Origin: Planctomycetota bacterium
GTDB lineage: Bacteria; Planctomycetota; UBA11346
NCBI GenBank assembly: GCA_025055595.1
Contig: JANWWU010000022.1
Span: forward strand, 429-64,428
DNA: 64,000 nt
Direction of reading: 5' to 3'
This document shows positions 56,478-64,000 of the stretch, one piece after another. The notes beneath the pieces are model-generated. The model did no database searches. It was not told where the DNA came from and was given only the letters and a program-made list of their open reading frames with translations. Each line of letters starts with the position of its first letter. Positions within the stretch are counted from its first letter, which is position 1. The position numbers and the translations under genes are program-made.

Positions 56478-57991
56478 CAGCGACGCTCCTCGGAGGGCGA
56501 AGTGGTCGCAGACGCCGCCGGCTGCGTCGCGCGCGCCGGCTCGCACAGCGCATTCGCATCGGCACCGGCGTGGCGCGCGATCAGGCCGGGCTGGAAGCCG
56601 AACCACAGGGCGCCAAGCAGCAGCGGAACCACGGCGAGCACCTCGCGCGGCAGCAGGTCGCTGACTTCGGCCCGGCCTTCCGGAGCCTCGCCGAAGCACC
56701 ACTTCTGGACGAGGATCAGCAGATAGCCGGCGCCGAGGACGACGGACAGCCCAGCGATCGCCGCCCACCACGGATCGCGCTGCCACAGGCCCATGAGCAG
56801 CAGGAACTCGCCGGCGAAGTTGGCGGTGCCCGGCAGCGCTGCGGTGGCGAGGACGCTGAGGACGAGCAGGGTGGCGAACCACGGCGCGCGCCGCGCCAGG
56901 GCCCCGTGGTCATCGAGGTAGGGGCTCTGCGTCCGCTGTTCGAGGGCTCCGACCAGCACGAAGAGCGCGGCGGTGCTCAGGCCGTGGGCGATCATCTGCA
57001 CGGTCGCGCCGTCGATGGCCGCCGCTTGCAGCGAGAAGACGCCGGCGGCGGTAAGGCCGAGGTGCGACAGCGAGGCGTAGGCGATCAGCCGCTTGGCATC
57101 TTCTTGCGCGAAGGCGACAACGGCGCCGCCGACGGCGCCGAGCGTGCCGAGGAGCAGGAACAGCGGGGCCTGCTCGCGGCTCAGCGCCGGGAACAGCGGC
57201 AGGACGATGGCGAGGAAACCGTAGAGGCCGAGCTTGGCCATCGCGCCGGCGACCAGCACCCCCGCTCCCGCCGGCAGCTCGGCGTAGGTTCTCGCCTGCC
57301 AGGCGTGCAGGGGGACGAGCGGGATCTTGACTGCGAAGGCGAGGGCGAAGGCCCAGAACCACCACTCGAGCGTCGCCGCGTCGAGCTTGCCGGCGCGCAG
57401 GGCGGCGGCGGCCTCGTTGAAGGCCGTCGTGCCGGTTTCGGCCGCGATCGCCCAGACGGCGATCAGCATCGGCACGCTGCCAAGCATCGTCATCAGCACG
57501 AACCACAGGGCGGCGCTGCGTCGCTCGTAGCCGCCGAACAGCGCCAGGACGACGACGACCGGGATCAGCATCGCTTCGTAGCAGAAGGCGAACAGCGCGA
57601 GGTCGCGCGCGAACAAGGCGCCGAGCATCGCCGCCTCGGCGGCGAAGAGCGCAGCGGCGTACTCGCGCATCCGCCCCCCTGCCTCGCCGCGCGCCGCGAG
57701 CAGGGCCACCGGCATCAACCAGGCGACCAGGGCCGCCAGCCAGGCCGAGAGCCCGTCGCTGGCCAGCCGCAAGTGGATGATGGCGTTGGTGCCGGGGATG
57801 CGCCACCAGGGAACGGCGAGCGTGCCGCCGTGGCCGAGGAGGACGGCGAGGCTGCCGCCGGCGATCAGCAGCGCGAGCAACAGCGCCAGGCGCCAAGTCG
57901 CGGCGCCCGCGCGCTCGTCGTCGCCGCCGTGCGCGAAGGCGACGATCAGGGCCGCGGCCAGCGGGGCGAGGACGAGGGCGAGGAGCAGCAT
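56477..57991 (-). CDS. nuoM: NADH-quinone oxidoreductase subunit M
   Basis: DGLS, AFAVKIPLVPLHAW, KLGLYG, KRLIAY.S.SH, LPGTANF.GE. Confidence 0.93.
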   Translation of the reverse strand: MLLLALVLAPLAAALIVAFAHGGDDERAGAATWRLALLLALLIAGGSLAVLLGHGGTLAVPWWRIPGTNAIIHLRLASDGLSAWLAALVAWLMPVALLAARGEAGGRMREYAAALFAAEAAMLGALFARDLALFAFCYEAMLIPVVVVLALFGGYERRSAALWFVLMTMLGSVPMLIAVWAIAAETGTTAFNEAAAALRAGKLDAATLEWWFWAFALAFAVKIPLVPLHAWQARTYAELPAGAGVLVAGAMAKLGLYGFLAIVLPLFPALSREQAPLFLLLGTLGAVGGAVVAFAQEDAKRLIAYASLSHLGLTAAGVFSLQAAAIDGATVQMIAHGLSTAALFVLVGALEQRTQSPYLDDHGALARRAPWFATLLVLSVLATAALPGTANFAGEFLLLMGLWQRDPWWAAIAGLSVVLGAGYLLILVQKWCFGEAPEGRAEVSDLLPREVLAVVPLLLGALWFGFQPGLIARHAGADANALCEPARATQPAASATTSPSEERR

Positions 57992-57992
57992 G

Positions 57993-60020
57993 TCAGCGGA
58001 CCACGAACACGATGACGACCGCGAGGAAGGCCGCGCCGCCGAGGACGGCGCACAGCAGGTTGGCGCGCAGCCGCGCGCGCTGCACGACGGCGAGGTAGCC
58101 GGCGCCGAGGGCGCGCGCCGCCTGCATCGCGAGCCAGCCGCTGATCCCGAGGATCGCGAGCTCGATCACCCAGTAGAGCGCGTACCCGAGGGCGAACACC
58201 GGCTTGACGATCAGCCACTCGGCGAGGCGGTCCCAGGCGAAGGTCCAGTGTCCGCCCCAGCCGCTCGGCGCGGTCTCGCTGCCGGCGCTCGGCACCTGGG
58301 CGGGACCCTGGCGCCAGACGGCGTAGCCGATCAGCGCTCCGAGGGCGGCGACCAGGGTGCCGACCCCGGCGATCGCCCACGGCAGGTTGCCGAGCTCGCC
58401 GTGGGGATGGGCGGCGAGCCAGCGCTGCTCGGGGGCGGCGAGGACGGGAGCCAGGTAGTGCTTGATGAAGGCCAGCGCATCGGGCGGAATGCCGAGCGCA
58501 TCGAGCGGCAAGCCGACCCAGGCGAAGCCGGCGACCAGGCTGCCGAGCGCGAGGATGAGCAGCGGGACGCTCATCGTCAGCGGCGTCGGCGCGATGTGGG
58601 CGCGCGCCTCGGCATCGAGCCGGCAGGGGCTCCAGAACACCAGCGTCATCACCCGCGTCATGTAGACGGCGGTGAGGCCGGCGGTGAGCAGGGCGACACC
58701 GGCGACGAGCGGGGCGATGTTGAGCGCGCCGAGCTCGTTGTGGCCCAGCCACAGGTGCTCGAGGATCAGGTCCTTGGAGAAGAAGCCGGCGGCGAAGGGC
58801 AGGCCGACGATCGCCCACCAGCCGTAGAACGCGGCGAGGTAGGCGATCGGCAGGTGGGGCCGCAGCCCGCCCATCCGCCGCATGTCCTGCTCGTGGTGCA
58901 GGCCGTGGATCACCGCGCCGGCGGCAAGGAACAGCGCGGCCTTGAAGAAGGCGTGGGTGAAGACATGGAAGAGCGCGACGCTGAAGGCCCCGCTGCCGGC
59001 GGCCATGAACATGAAGCCGAGCTGGCTGACCGTCGAGTAGGCGAGCGCCTTCTTGATGTCGTGCTGCACCAGGCCGGCGATCGCGCCCCACAACGCGGTC
59101 GCGCAGCCGACGAGCAGGACGACGGTCAGCGCCTGCGGCGCGACGACATAGAGGTCGGCGAGGCGGGCGACGAGGAAGACGCCCGCAGTGACCATCGTCG
59201 CGGCGTGGATCAGGGCCGACACCGGGGTCGGACCGGCCATCGCATCGGGCAGCCAGGCGGCGAGCGGGATCTGCGCGCTCTTGCCGCAGCAGCCGAGGAA
59301 GATCGCGAGCGCCGCCAGGCTCAGCAGGGGGCCAGCTTCGGCCAGCCGCGCGGCATCGGCGCTGCGACACCACTGGCTGATCGCCGCATAGTCGAGGCTG
59401 CCGGCGACCGAGAGCAGCGCGAAAGCGCCGAGCAGGAAGCCGAGGTCGCCGACGCGGTTGTAGACGAAGGCCTTGCGCGCGGCGTCAGCGTAGGCGGTGC
59501 GCTCGTGCCAGAAGCCGATCAGCAGGTAGCTGCACAGGCCGACCCCTTCCCAGCCGAGGAAGGTGACTGGCAGGCTGCCGCCCATCACCAGCACGATCAT
59601 CGCTGCCATGAACAGGTTCATGTAGCACATGAAGCGCGCAAAGCCGCGATCCGCCCACATGTAGCCGACGGAATAGAGGTGGATCAGGGCGCCGATGCCG
59701 GTGACGAAGAGCAGCATCAGCGCGCTGAGCTGGTCGAGGACCAAGGTGAAGGGCAGCGCGAAGCCGCTACCGGCGAACCAAGTGAAGTAGGTCGCGCGGT
59801 AGACCTCGGGCAGGCCCTCGAGGGGTCCGCCGGCGCTCGGCCACAGCGCCAGGGTCAGGGCGAAGCTCAGCGCCGGTCCGAGCACGGCGAGCAGCGCGAC
59901 GAGCGCGCGCGGCGCCCCGTAGGCGTCGCGCGCGGTGCCCAGCGCGAGCGCGCCGTTGACCAGGGCGGCAGCGAGCGGCAGGGCGGGGATGAGCCAGAGC
60001 AGCTGGGCGTCCACGGTCAA
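57993..60020 (-). CDS. nuoL: NADH-quinone oxidoreductase subunit L
   Basis: WEGVGLCSYLLIGFW, GKSAQ.PL..WLPDAMAGPTPVSALIHAATMV, HAFFKA. Confidence 0.96.
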   Translation of the reverse strand: MTVDAQLLWLIPALPLAAALVNGALALGTARDAYGAPRALVALLAVLGPALSFALTLALWPSAGGPLEGLPEVYRATYFTWFAGSGFALPFTLVLDQLSALMLLFVTGIGALIHLYSVGYMWADRGFARFMCYMNLFMAAMIVLVMGGSLPVTFLGWEGVGLCSYLLIGFWHERTAYADAARKAFVYNRVGDLGFLLGAFALLSVAGSLDYAAISQWCRSADAARLAEAGPLLSLAALAIFLGCCGKSAQIPLAAWLPDAMAGPTPVSALIHAATMVTAGVFLVARLADLYVVAPQALTVVLLVGCATALWGAIAGLVQHDIKKALAYSTVSQLGFMFMAAGSGAFSVALFHVFTHAFFKAALFLAAGAVIHGLHHEQDMRRMGGLRPHLPIAYLAAFYGWWAIVGLPFAAGFFSKDLILEHLWLGHNELGALNIAPLVAGVALLTAGLTAVYMTRVMTLVFWSPCRLDAEARAHIAPTPLTMSVPLLILALGSLVAGFAWVGLPLDALGIPPDALAFIKHYLAPVLAAPEQRWLAAHPHGELGNLPWAIAGVGTLVAALGALIGYAVWRQGPAQVPSAGSETAPSGWGGHWTFAWDRLAEWLIVKPVFALGYALYWVIELAILGISGWLAMQAARALGAGYLAVVQRARLRANLLCAVLGGAAFLAVVIVFVVR

Positions 60021-60346
60021 TCCTTGAGCGCGCTGCGGGCATCGGTGTCGACCGTGTCCTGCTGACGGACCAGCAGGACGACCATCGCCAGCGCGACGCA
60101 GGCCTCGGCAGCGGCGATCGCGATCGTGAACAGCGGCGCGAGCTGGCCAAGGGTGCTGGCGCTGCCGGCATGGCTGCGGGCGAAGCCGATGAAGGAGAGG
60201 TTGACGGCGTTGAGCATCAGCTCGATGCCCATGAGGACGATGAAGAGGTCGCGGCGGGCGAGCGCTGCCGTCAGCCCCAGGCCGAAGAGCAGCGCCGCCA
60301 GGACCTGCACATGGATCGGGGTGAAGAAGGCGGCGTCAGTGGGCAT
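60017..60346 (-). CDS. nuoK: NADH-quinone oxidoreductase subunit K
   Basis: IELMLNAVN, IAAAEA. Confidence 0.94.
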   Translation of the reverse strand: MPTDAAFFTPIHVQVLAALLFGLGLTAALARRDLFIVLMGIELMLNAVNLSFIGFARSHAGSASTLGQLAPLFTIAIAAAEACVALAMVVLLVRQQDTVDTDARSALKD

Positions 60347-60890
60347 GGTCGTCCTCGGCGGCCTTCGGTTCGGTATCGAGCGAGCGCTTGGCCAGCAGCA
60401 CCGCCCCGACGACGGCGGTCAGCAGGGTGACGCCGATGGCGACGAAGAGCAGCCACCAGCCCTGGGCCGGCGCGAAGAGCAGGGCGCTGATCGGCTCCGG
60501 CTCGCCGCGTACGGCCGCGGGGTGCGCGGCGAGCTCGCGCTGCGCCAGCGTGCTGGCGAGCAGGGCGGTCAGCAGCAGGGAGGCGGCGCTGGCGCCGACG
60601 CTCAGCCAGTCGCAGCGCGGCACATCGCTGCGTGCGCGGTTGAGCACCATGATGACGAAGACCATCAGCATCATCACGGCGCCGGCGTAGACCAGCACTT
60701 GCAGGACGGCGAGGAACGGCGCATCGAGCAAGGCGTAGATGCCGGCGAGCGAGAGCATGACGCCGATCAGCAGGACCGCGGCATTGAGCGGGTGGCGGGC
60801 CAGCACCATGCCGACGCCGCAGATCAGGGCGGCGAGGGCGAGCAGGGCGAAGTAGAGGTCGGCGAGCGTCGCGTCGAGATGGGGAAACAT
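60336..60890 (-). CDS. nuoJ: NADH-quinone oxidoreductase subunit J
   Basis: A.FLA.LQVLVYAGAVM.L.VFVIM. Confidence 0.92.
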   Translation of the reverse strand: MFPHLDATLADLYFALLALAALICGVGMVLARHPLNAAVLLIGVMLSLAGIYALLDAPFLAVLQVLVYAGAVMMLMVFVIMVLNRARSDVPRCDWLSVGASAASLLLTALLASTLAQRELAAHPAAVRGEPEPISALLFAPAQGWWLLFVAIGVTLLTAVVGAVLLAKRSLDTEPKAAEDDHAH

Positions 60891-60891
60891 G

Positions 60892-61467
60892 TCAATGCCC
60901 CGTTCCGGAGCGCAGTTCCTGGAGCGCCTGCTCGTGCAGCAGGCCGCCCGGGGCCTTCTGGCTCTGCACATCGTCGGGCGGATAGTCCTTCGGGTCCCAG
61001 TCGAGCAGCTGCTCCTTGGTCAGGACGAAGGAGGCGCGGCTGTCGCCGACGATCACCGCCTGCTTGGTGTCCATGCGGATGGCGTCGCAGGGGCAGGCCT
61101 CGACGCAGTAGCCGCAGAACACGCACAGCAGCAGGTCGATCTCGAAGCGCGCCGGCCGCTTCTCGATGTGCTTGTCCGGGCTCTCCTCGGCGACGATGTG
61201 GATGCAGCGCGCGGGGCAGGCCGTCGAGCACATGTAGCAGGCGACGCAGCGCGGGCTGCCGTCGGCGCGCTTCATCAAGCGGTGCCGCGCGCGGTAGTCG
61301 CGCGGGATGTCGGGCCGCTGCTCGGGATATTGCAGGGTGGGGAAGTGCGCGGGATCGGAGAGCGAGCGCGCGGCGTGGCTGAGCGTCGTCAGCAGACCCT
61401 TGAAGATCTCGCCGATGTAGAGTCGCTGCCAGGCATCGAGTTCGGGACGGGGGACGACCTTGGCCAT
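60892..61467 (-). CDS. nuoI: NADH-quinone oxidoreductase subunit I
   Basis: TLQYPE, CVACYMCSTACP and CVFCGYCVEACP 2x[4Fe-4S] motifs. Confidence 0.95.
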   Translation of the reverse strand: MAKVVPRPELDAWQRLYIGEIFKGLLTTLSHAARSLSDPAHFPTLQYPEQRPDIPRDYRARHRLMKRADGSPRCVACYMCSTACPARCIHIVAEESPDKHIEKRPARFEIDLLLCVFCGYCVEACPCDAIRMDTKQAVIVGDSRASFVLTKEQLLDWDPKDYPPDDVQSQKAPGGLLHEQALQELRSGTGH

Positions 61468-61469
61468 GA

Positions 61470-62861
61470 CTACCCGATCAGCTTGACGAGGAGGGCGGTG
61501 AGCAGCAGGTTGACGAGCGCGGCGTTGAGCAGGACCTTCCAGCCGAGGGCCATGATCTGGTCGTAGCGGAAGCGCGGCAGCGTCCAGCGCACCCAGACGA
61601 AGAGCCAGGCCAGGCACAGGGTCTTGGCGATCAGGATGTGGAACTGGACGATGGCGGTCAGCAGATCGACCTTCCAGCCCCAGACCGCGGTGCCGGCGAT
61701 GATGCGCGGGGCCTCGCTCCAGCCCCACAGCGCCCACGCGGCGAGGCCGGCGAGGCCGGCGAGGGCGAGGAAGAGGCCAGTGTAGAAGCGATACTCGCGA
61801 CCGCGGCGCGCGGCGTCGCTGGCACCGCTCGCGACATAGTGCCGGCGACGGCGCTCGACCAGGCGCGCCGCGTAGAGGGCGAGCAGCGCGAGCGCGATCA
61901 GGAGGACCGCGGTGACGCTGCCGATGTGCTCGCGCATCCATCGGTCGTCGAGCGCCACCCAGGCGCCGTCCGGCCCGAGCGGCAGGGGGATCGGCGACAG
62001 GTGGTAGCCGCCGAGAAACAGCGTGCTGATCAGCGCCGCCGCCACCAGCATGTGGAAGTACTCGGCGCTCATCACCAGCATGAAACGCATCGCGCCGTAC
62101 TCGGTGTGGAAGCCGGCGACGATCTCGCTCTCGCCCTCGACGACATCGAAGGGCGTGCGGTTGCTCTCGGCGAAGGCGGCGGCGGTGAACAGCAGGAAGC
62201 CGAGCGGCTGGACGATGATGCCCCAGACATGCTCGCCCTGCCAGGCGACGATGCGCGCGAGGTCGAAGGTCCCGCAGATCAGGAACATCCCGGCCGCCGC
62301 CAGGCCGATCGCGACCTCGTAGCTGATCATCATCGCGCTCGCGCGCAGGCCGCCGAGCAGGGCGTACTTGGAGTTGGCGGCCCAGCTGCCGAGGACCAGG
62401 CCGTAGGCCGAGAGGCCGGCGAAGGCGAAGAGCGCGAGCAGCCCCGAGTGGCTCGCGATGCCCTGGCCGGCGAGCCAGGCGACGCCGTCGCCCGAGGCGT
62501 AGGCGATCGGCGCGAACACCGGGATGAAGGCCGGCAGGATCAGGCCGGCGATCAGCGGGATGAAGGGCCCGACGACGTAGTAGAAGCGGCTGGCGGCGAA
62601 GCGCGGCACGAAGTCTTCCTTGACCGCCAGCTTGATGAAGTCGCAGAGGTTGTAGATCAGCCCAAAGGCCCGCAGCTGGAAGCCGAGGCCGGGAATCGGG
62701 ATGCCGGCGCGGTTGGGCCCCGGGCGGTCCTGGATGAAGGCGGCGCCGCGCCGCTCCAGGACGACGAGCAGCGGCAGCAGCTGAAAGAAGAGCAGCGGCA
62801 CGGCCGGGACGAGCAGGAGGGCGATCGTCTCGTAAGGGTGCGCGGCGATCCACTCGAACAT
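61470..62861 (-). CDS. nuoH: NADH-quinone oxidoreductase subunit H (with insertion)
   Basis: ERR..A.IQDRPGPNR, KYALLGGLR....ISYE, AESNRTPFD..EGESE, WVRWTLPRFRYDQ. Confidence 0.95.
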   Translation of the reverse strand: MFEWIAAHPYETIALLLVPAVPLLFFQLLPLLVVLERRGAAFIQDRPGPNRAGIPIPGLGFQLRAFGLIYNLCDFIKLAVKEDFVPRFAASRFYYVVGPFIPLIAGLILPAFIPVFAPIAYASGDGVAWLAGQGIASHSGLLALFAFAGLSAYGLVLGSWAANSKYALLGGLRASAMMISYEVAIGLAAAGMFLICGTFDLARIVAWQGEHVWGIIVQPLGFLLFTAAAFAESNRTPFDVVEGESEIVAGFHTEYGAMRFMLVMSAEYFHMLVAAALISTLFLGGYHLSPIPLPLGPDGAWVALDDRWMREHIGSVTAVLLIALALLALYAARLVERRRRHYVASGASDAARRGREYRFYTGLFLALAGLAGLAAWALWGWSEAPRIIAGTAVWGWKVDLLTAIVQFHILIAKTLCLAWLFVWVRWTLPRFRYDQIMALGWKVLLNAALVNLLLTALLVKLIG

Positions 62862-64000
62862 CAGGCGACTCCCGCTGCTGCCGGCTGCGGCAGCAGCCGA
62901 CCGTAGGGACCGATGCTGCGGTAGCTGAGGCCGGCGAGGACCGGCGCGCGCTGTGCAGCGAAGCGGAAGGCCTCGAGCTCGCTCGTCCAGGACAGGCCGC
63001 CGAGTTCAGCGAGCACGCGCCACGCCGGCTCGAGTTCGGGGTCGGGCAGCACCGGGCAGGCCTGCAGCACCTGGATGCGCTGCTGGCAGTTGACCATCGT
63101 GCCGCGGACCTCGGCCCAGGCGCGGATGCCGAGGGCGATCGTCGCCTGGCGCACGCTGCTCTCGAGCCAGGGTGCGAGGACGATGCGCTGCGGAATGCGC
63201 GCGAGGCGCGCCGCCTTGGCCGGATCGGCGGCCCACAGGTCGTGATGCAGGATCACCACGGCGTCGAACTCGTCGGCGCGCCGCACGAGCTCATCGAGGT
63301 TATCGGCCAGGCCGAGCAGGCGCAGGCCGGCGCGGTTGGCGACGGGATCGCCGGAGAGCGCGATGCCGTCGGGCCGGCCGAGCGGCAGCCAGGAGCCGCT
63401 GAACACCGACGCCTTGGCGCCGAGGCGCTCGGCGAGGGCGAGCAGCGCGGCGTTGTCTTCGAGCGTGCAGTGGCCGCTGGCGACCAGCGCGACGCGCGCC
63501 GCCGCGGCGAGCGCGGCGCGCGCCGCCGCCAGGCCCTCGGCGAGCGGCGCATCGCGGCCCTGGAGGCGTGCCGCGGTCAGACGGTTGATGGCGAGCTCGC
63601 GGTAGAGCAGGCGGGTACGGTTGCTGATCCAGCTCTTGTTGACCTCGGGGTTGCGGCGCGGCATCAGCCGCCAGACGCGCTCCGGCGTGTACTCGATGTA
63701 GAGGTTGGCGCCGAGCGCGTCCGAGGGATCGATCGACTCGACGCGCTGCAGGTTCCATACCCGCTGCTGGAAGCGGAAGTGCTTGCCGGTCAGCGCCCCG
63801 ACCGGGCAGATGTCGGTCGTGCACAGGTCGTAGGGATGATCGAGCGGCTGGCCGGGGAAGGTCGTGATATAGGCGTGGTCGCCGCGGCCGGCGATCGCCA
63901 GCTGGCTGTCCTTGGCGACCTCGTCCATGAAGCGGACGCAGCGCGTGCAGACGATGCAGCGCTCCTGGTCGAGGACGATCGTCGGACCGAGATCGATGCG
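62861..64000 (-). CDS. nuoG: NADH-quinone oxidoreductase subunit G, 5'-truncated by window edge
   Basis: ERCIVCTRCVRF, DICPVGAL, PR.NPEVN..WIS; upstream of nuoH. Confidence 0.9.
   Translation of the reverse strand, partial: RIDLGPTIVLDQERCIVCTRCVRFMDEVAKDSQLAIAGRGDHAYITTFPGQPLDHPYDLCTTDICPVGALTGKHFRFQQRVWNLQRVESIDPSDALGANLYIEYTPERVWRLMPRRNPEVNKSWISNRTRLLYRELAINRLTAARLQGRDAPLAEGLAAARAALAAAARVALVASGHCTLEDNAALLALAERLGAKASVFSGSWLPLGRPDGIALSGDPVANRAGLRLLGLADNLDELVRRADEFDAVVILHHDLWAADPAKAARLARIPQRIVLAPWLESSVRQATIALGIRAWAEVRGTMVNCQQRIQVLQACPVLPDPELEPAWRVLAELGGLSWTSELEAFRFAAQRAPVLAGLSYRSIGPYGRLLPQPAAAGVA

Overview
Very GC-rich bacterial chromosomal window, densely packed with about 59 genes that are mostly housekeeping. 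Gene content suggests a diderm PVC-superphylum/Planctomycetota-like organism (inference from the LpxC-FabZ and AroD-AroE fusions, a DUF1570-like protein and an FHA-Ser/Thr kinase). In order: cdsA-nadE-outer-membrane barrel-skp-lpxD-lpxC/fabZ-yqgE; an HDOD pair divergent from an isolated fliOPQR; miaB-recJ-acyltransferase-CYTH; a TraF_2/PorV-like barrel; an accessory block (GAFTGA-less NtrC, HExxH+TPR protein, lower-GC CxxC zinc-finger membrane protein, apparently inactive S26 peptidase); aroDE; a dcw cluster mraZ..ftsQ without murD, ftsA or ftsZ; a divergent four-HTH regulator; ruvX, an FHA kinase, thrC, an HhH-like protein with a histone-like tail, yebC, rimO, thiD, xseA, rsmG; and nuoG(partial)-HIJKLMN. 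No rRNA, tRNA, CRISPR array, transposase or integrase was seen. The most promising candidate for an undescribed system is the FtsZ-less dcw cluster and its control region: a divergent MraZ, non-canonical 10-bp phased boxes, a 68-aa intervening ORF and a divergent 4x XRE protein. All family calls come from motif recognition by eye; no searches were run.
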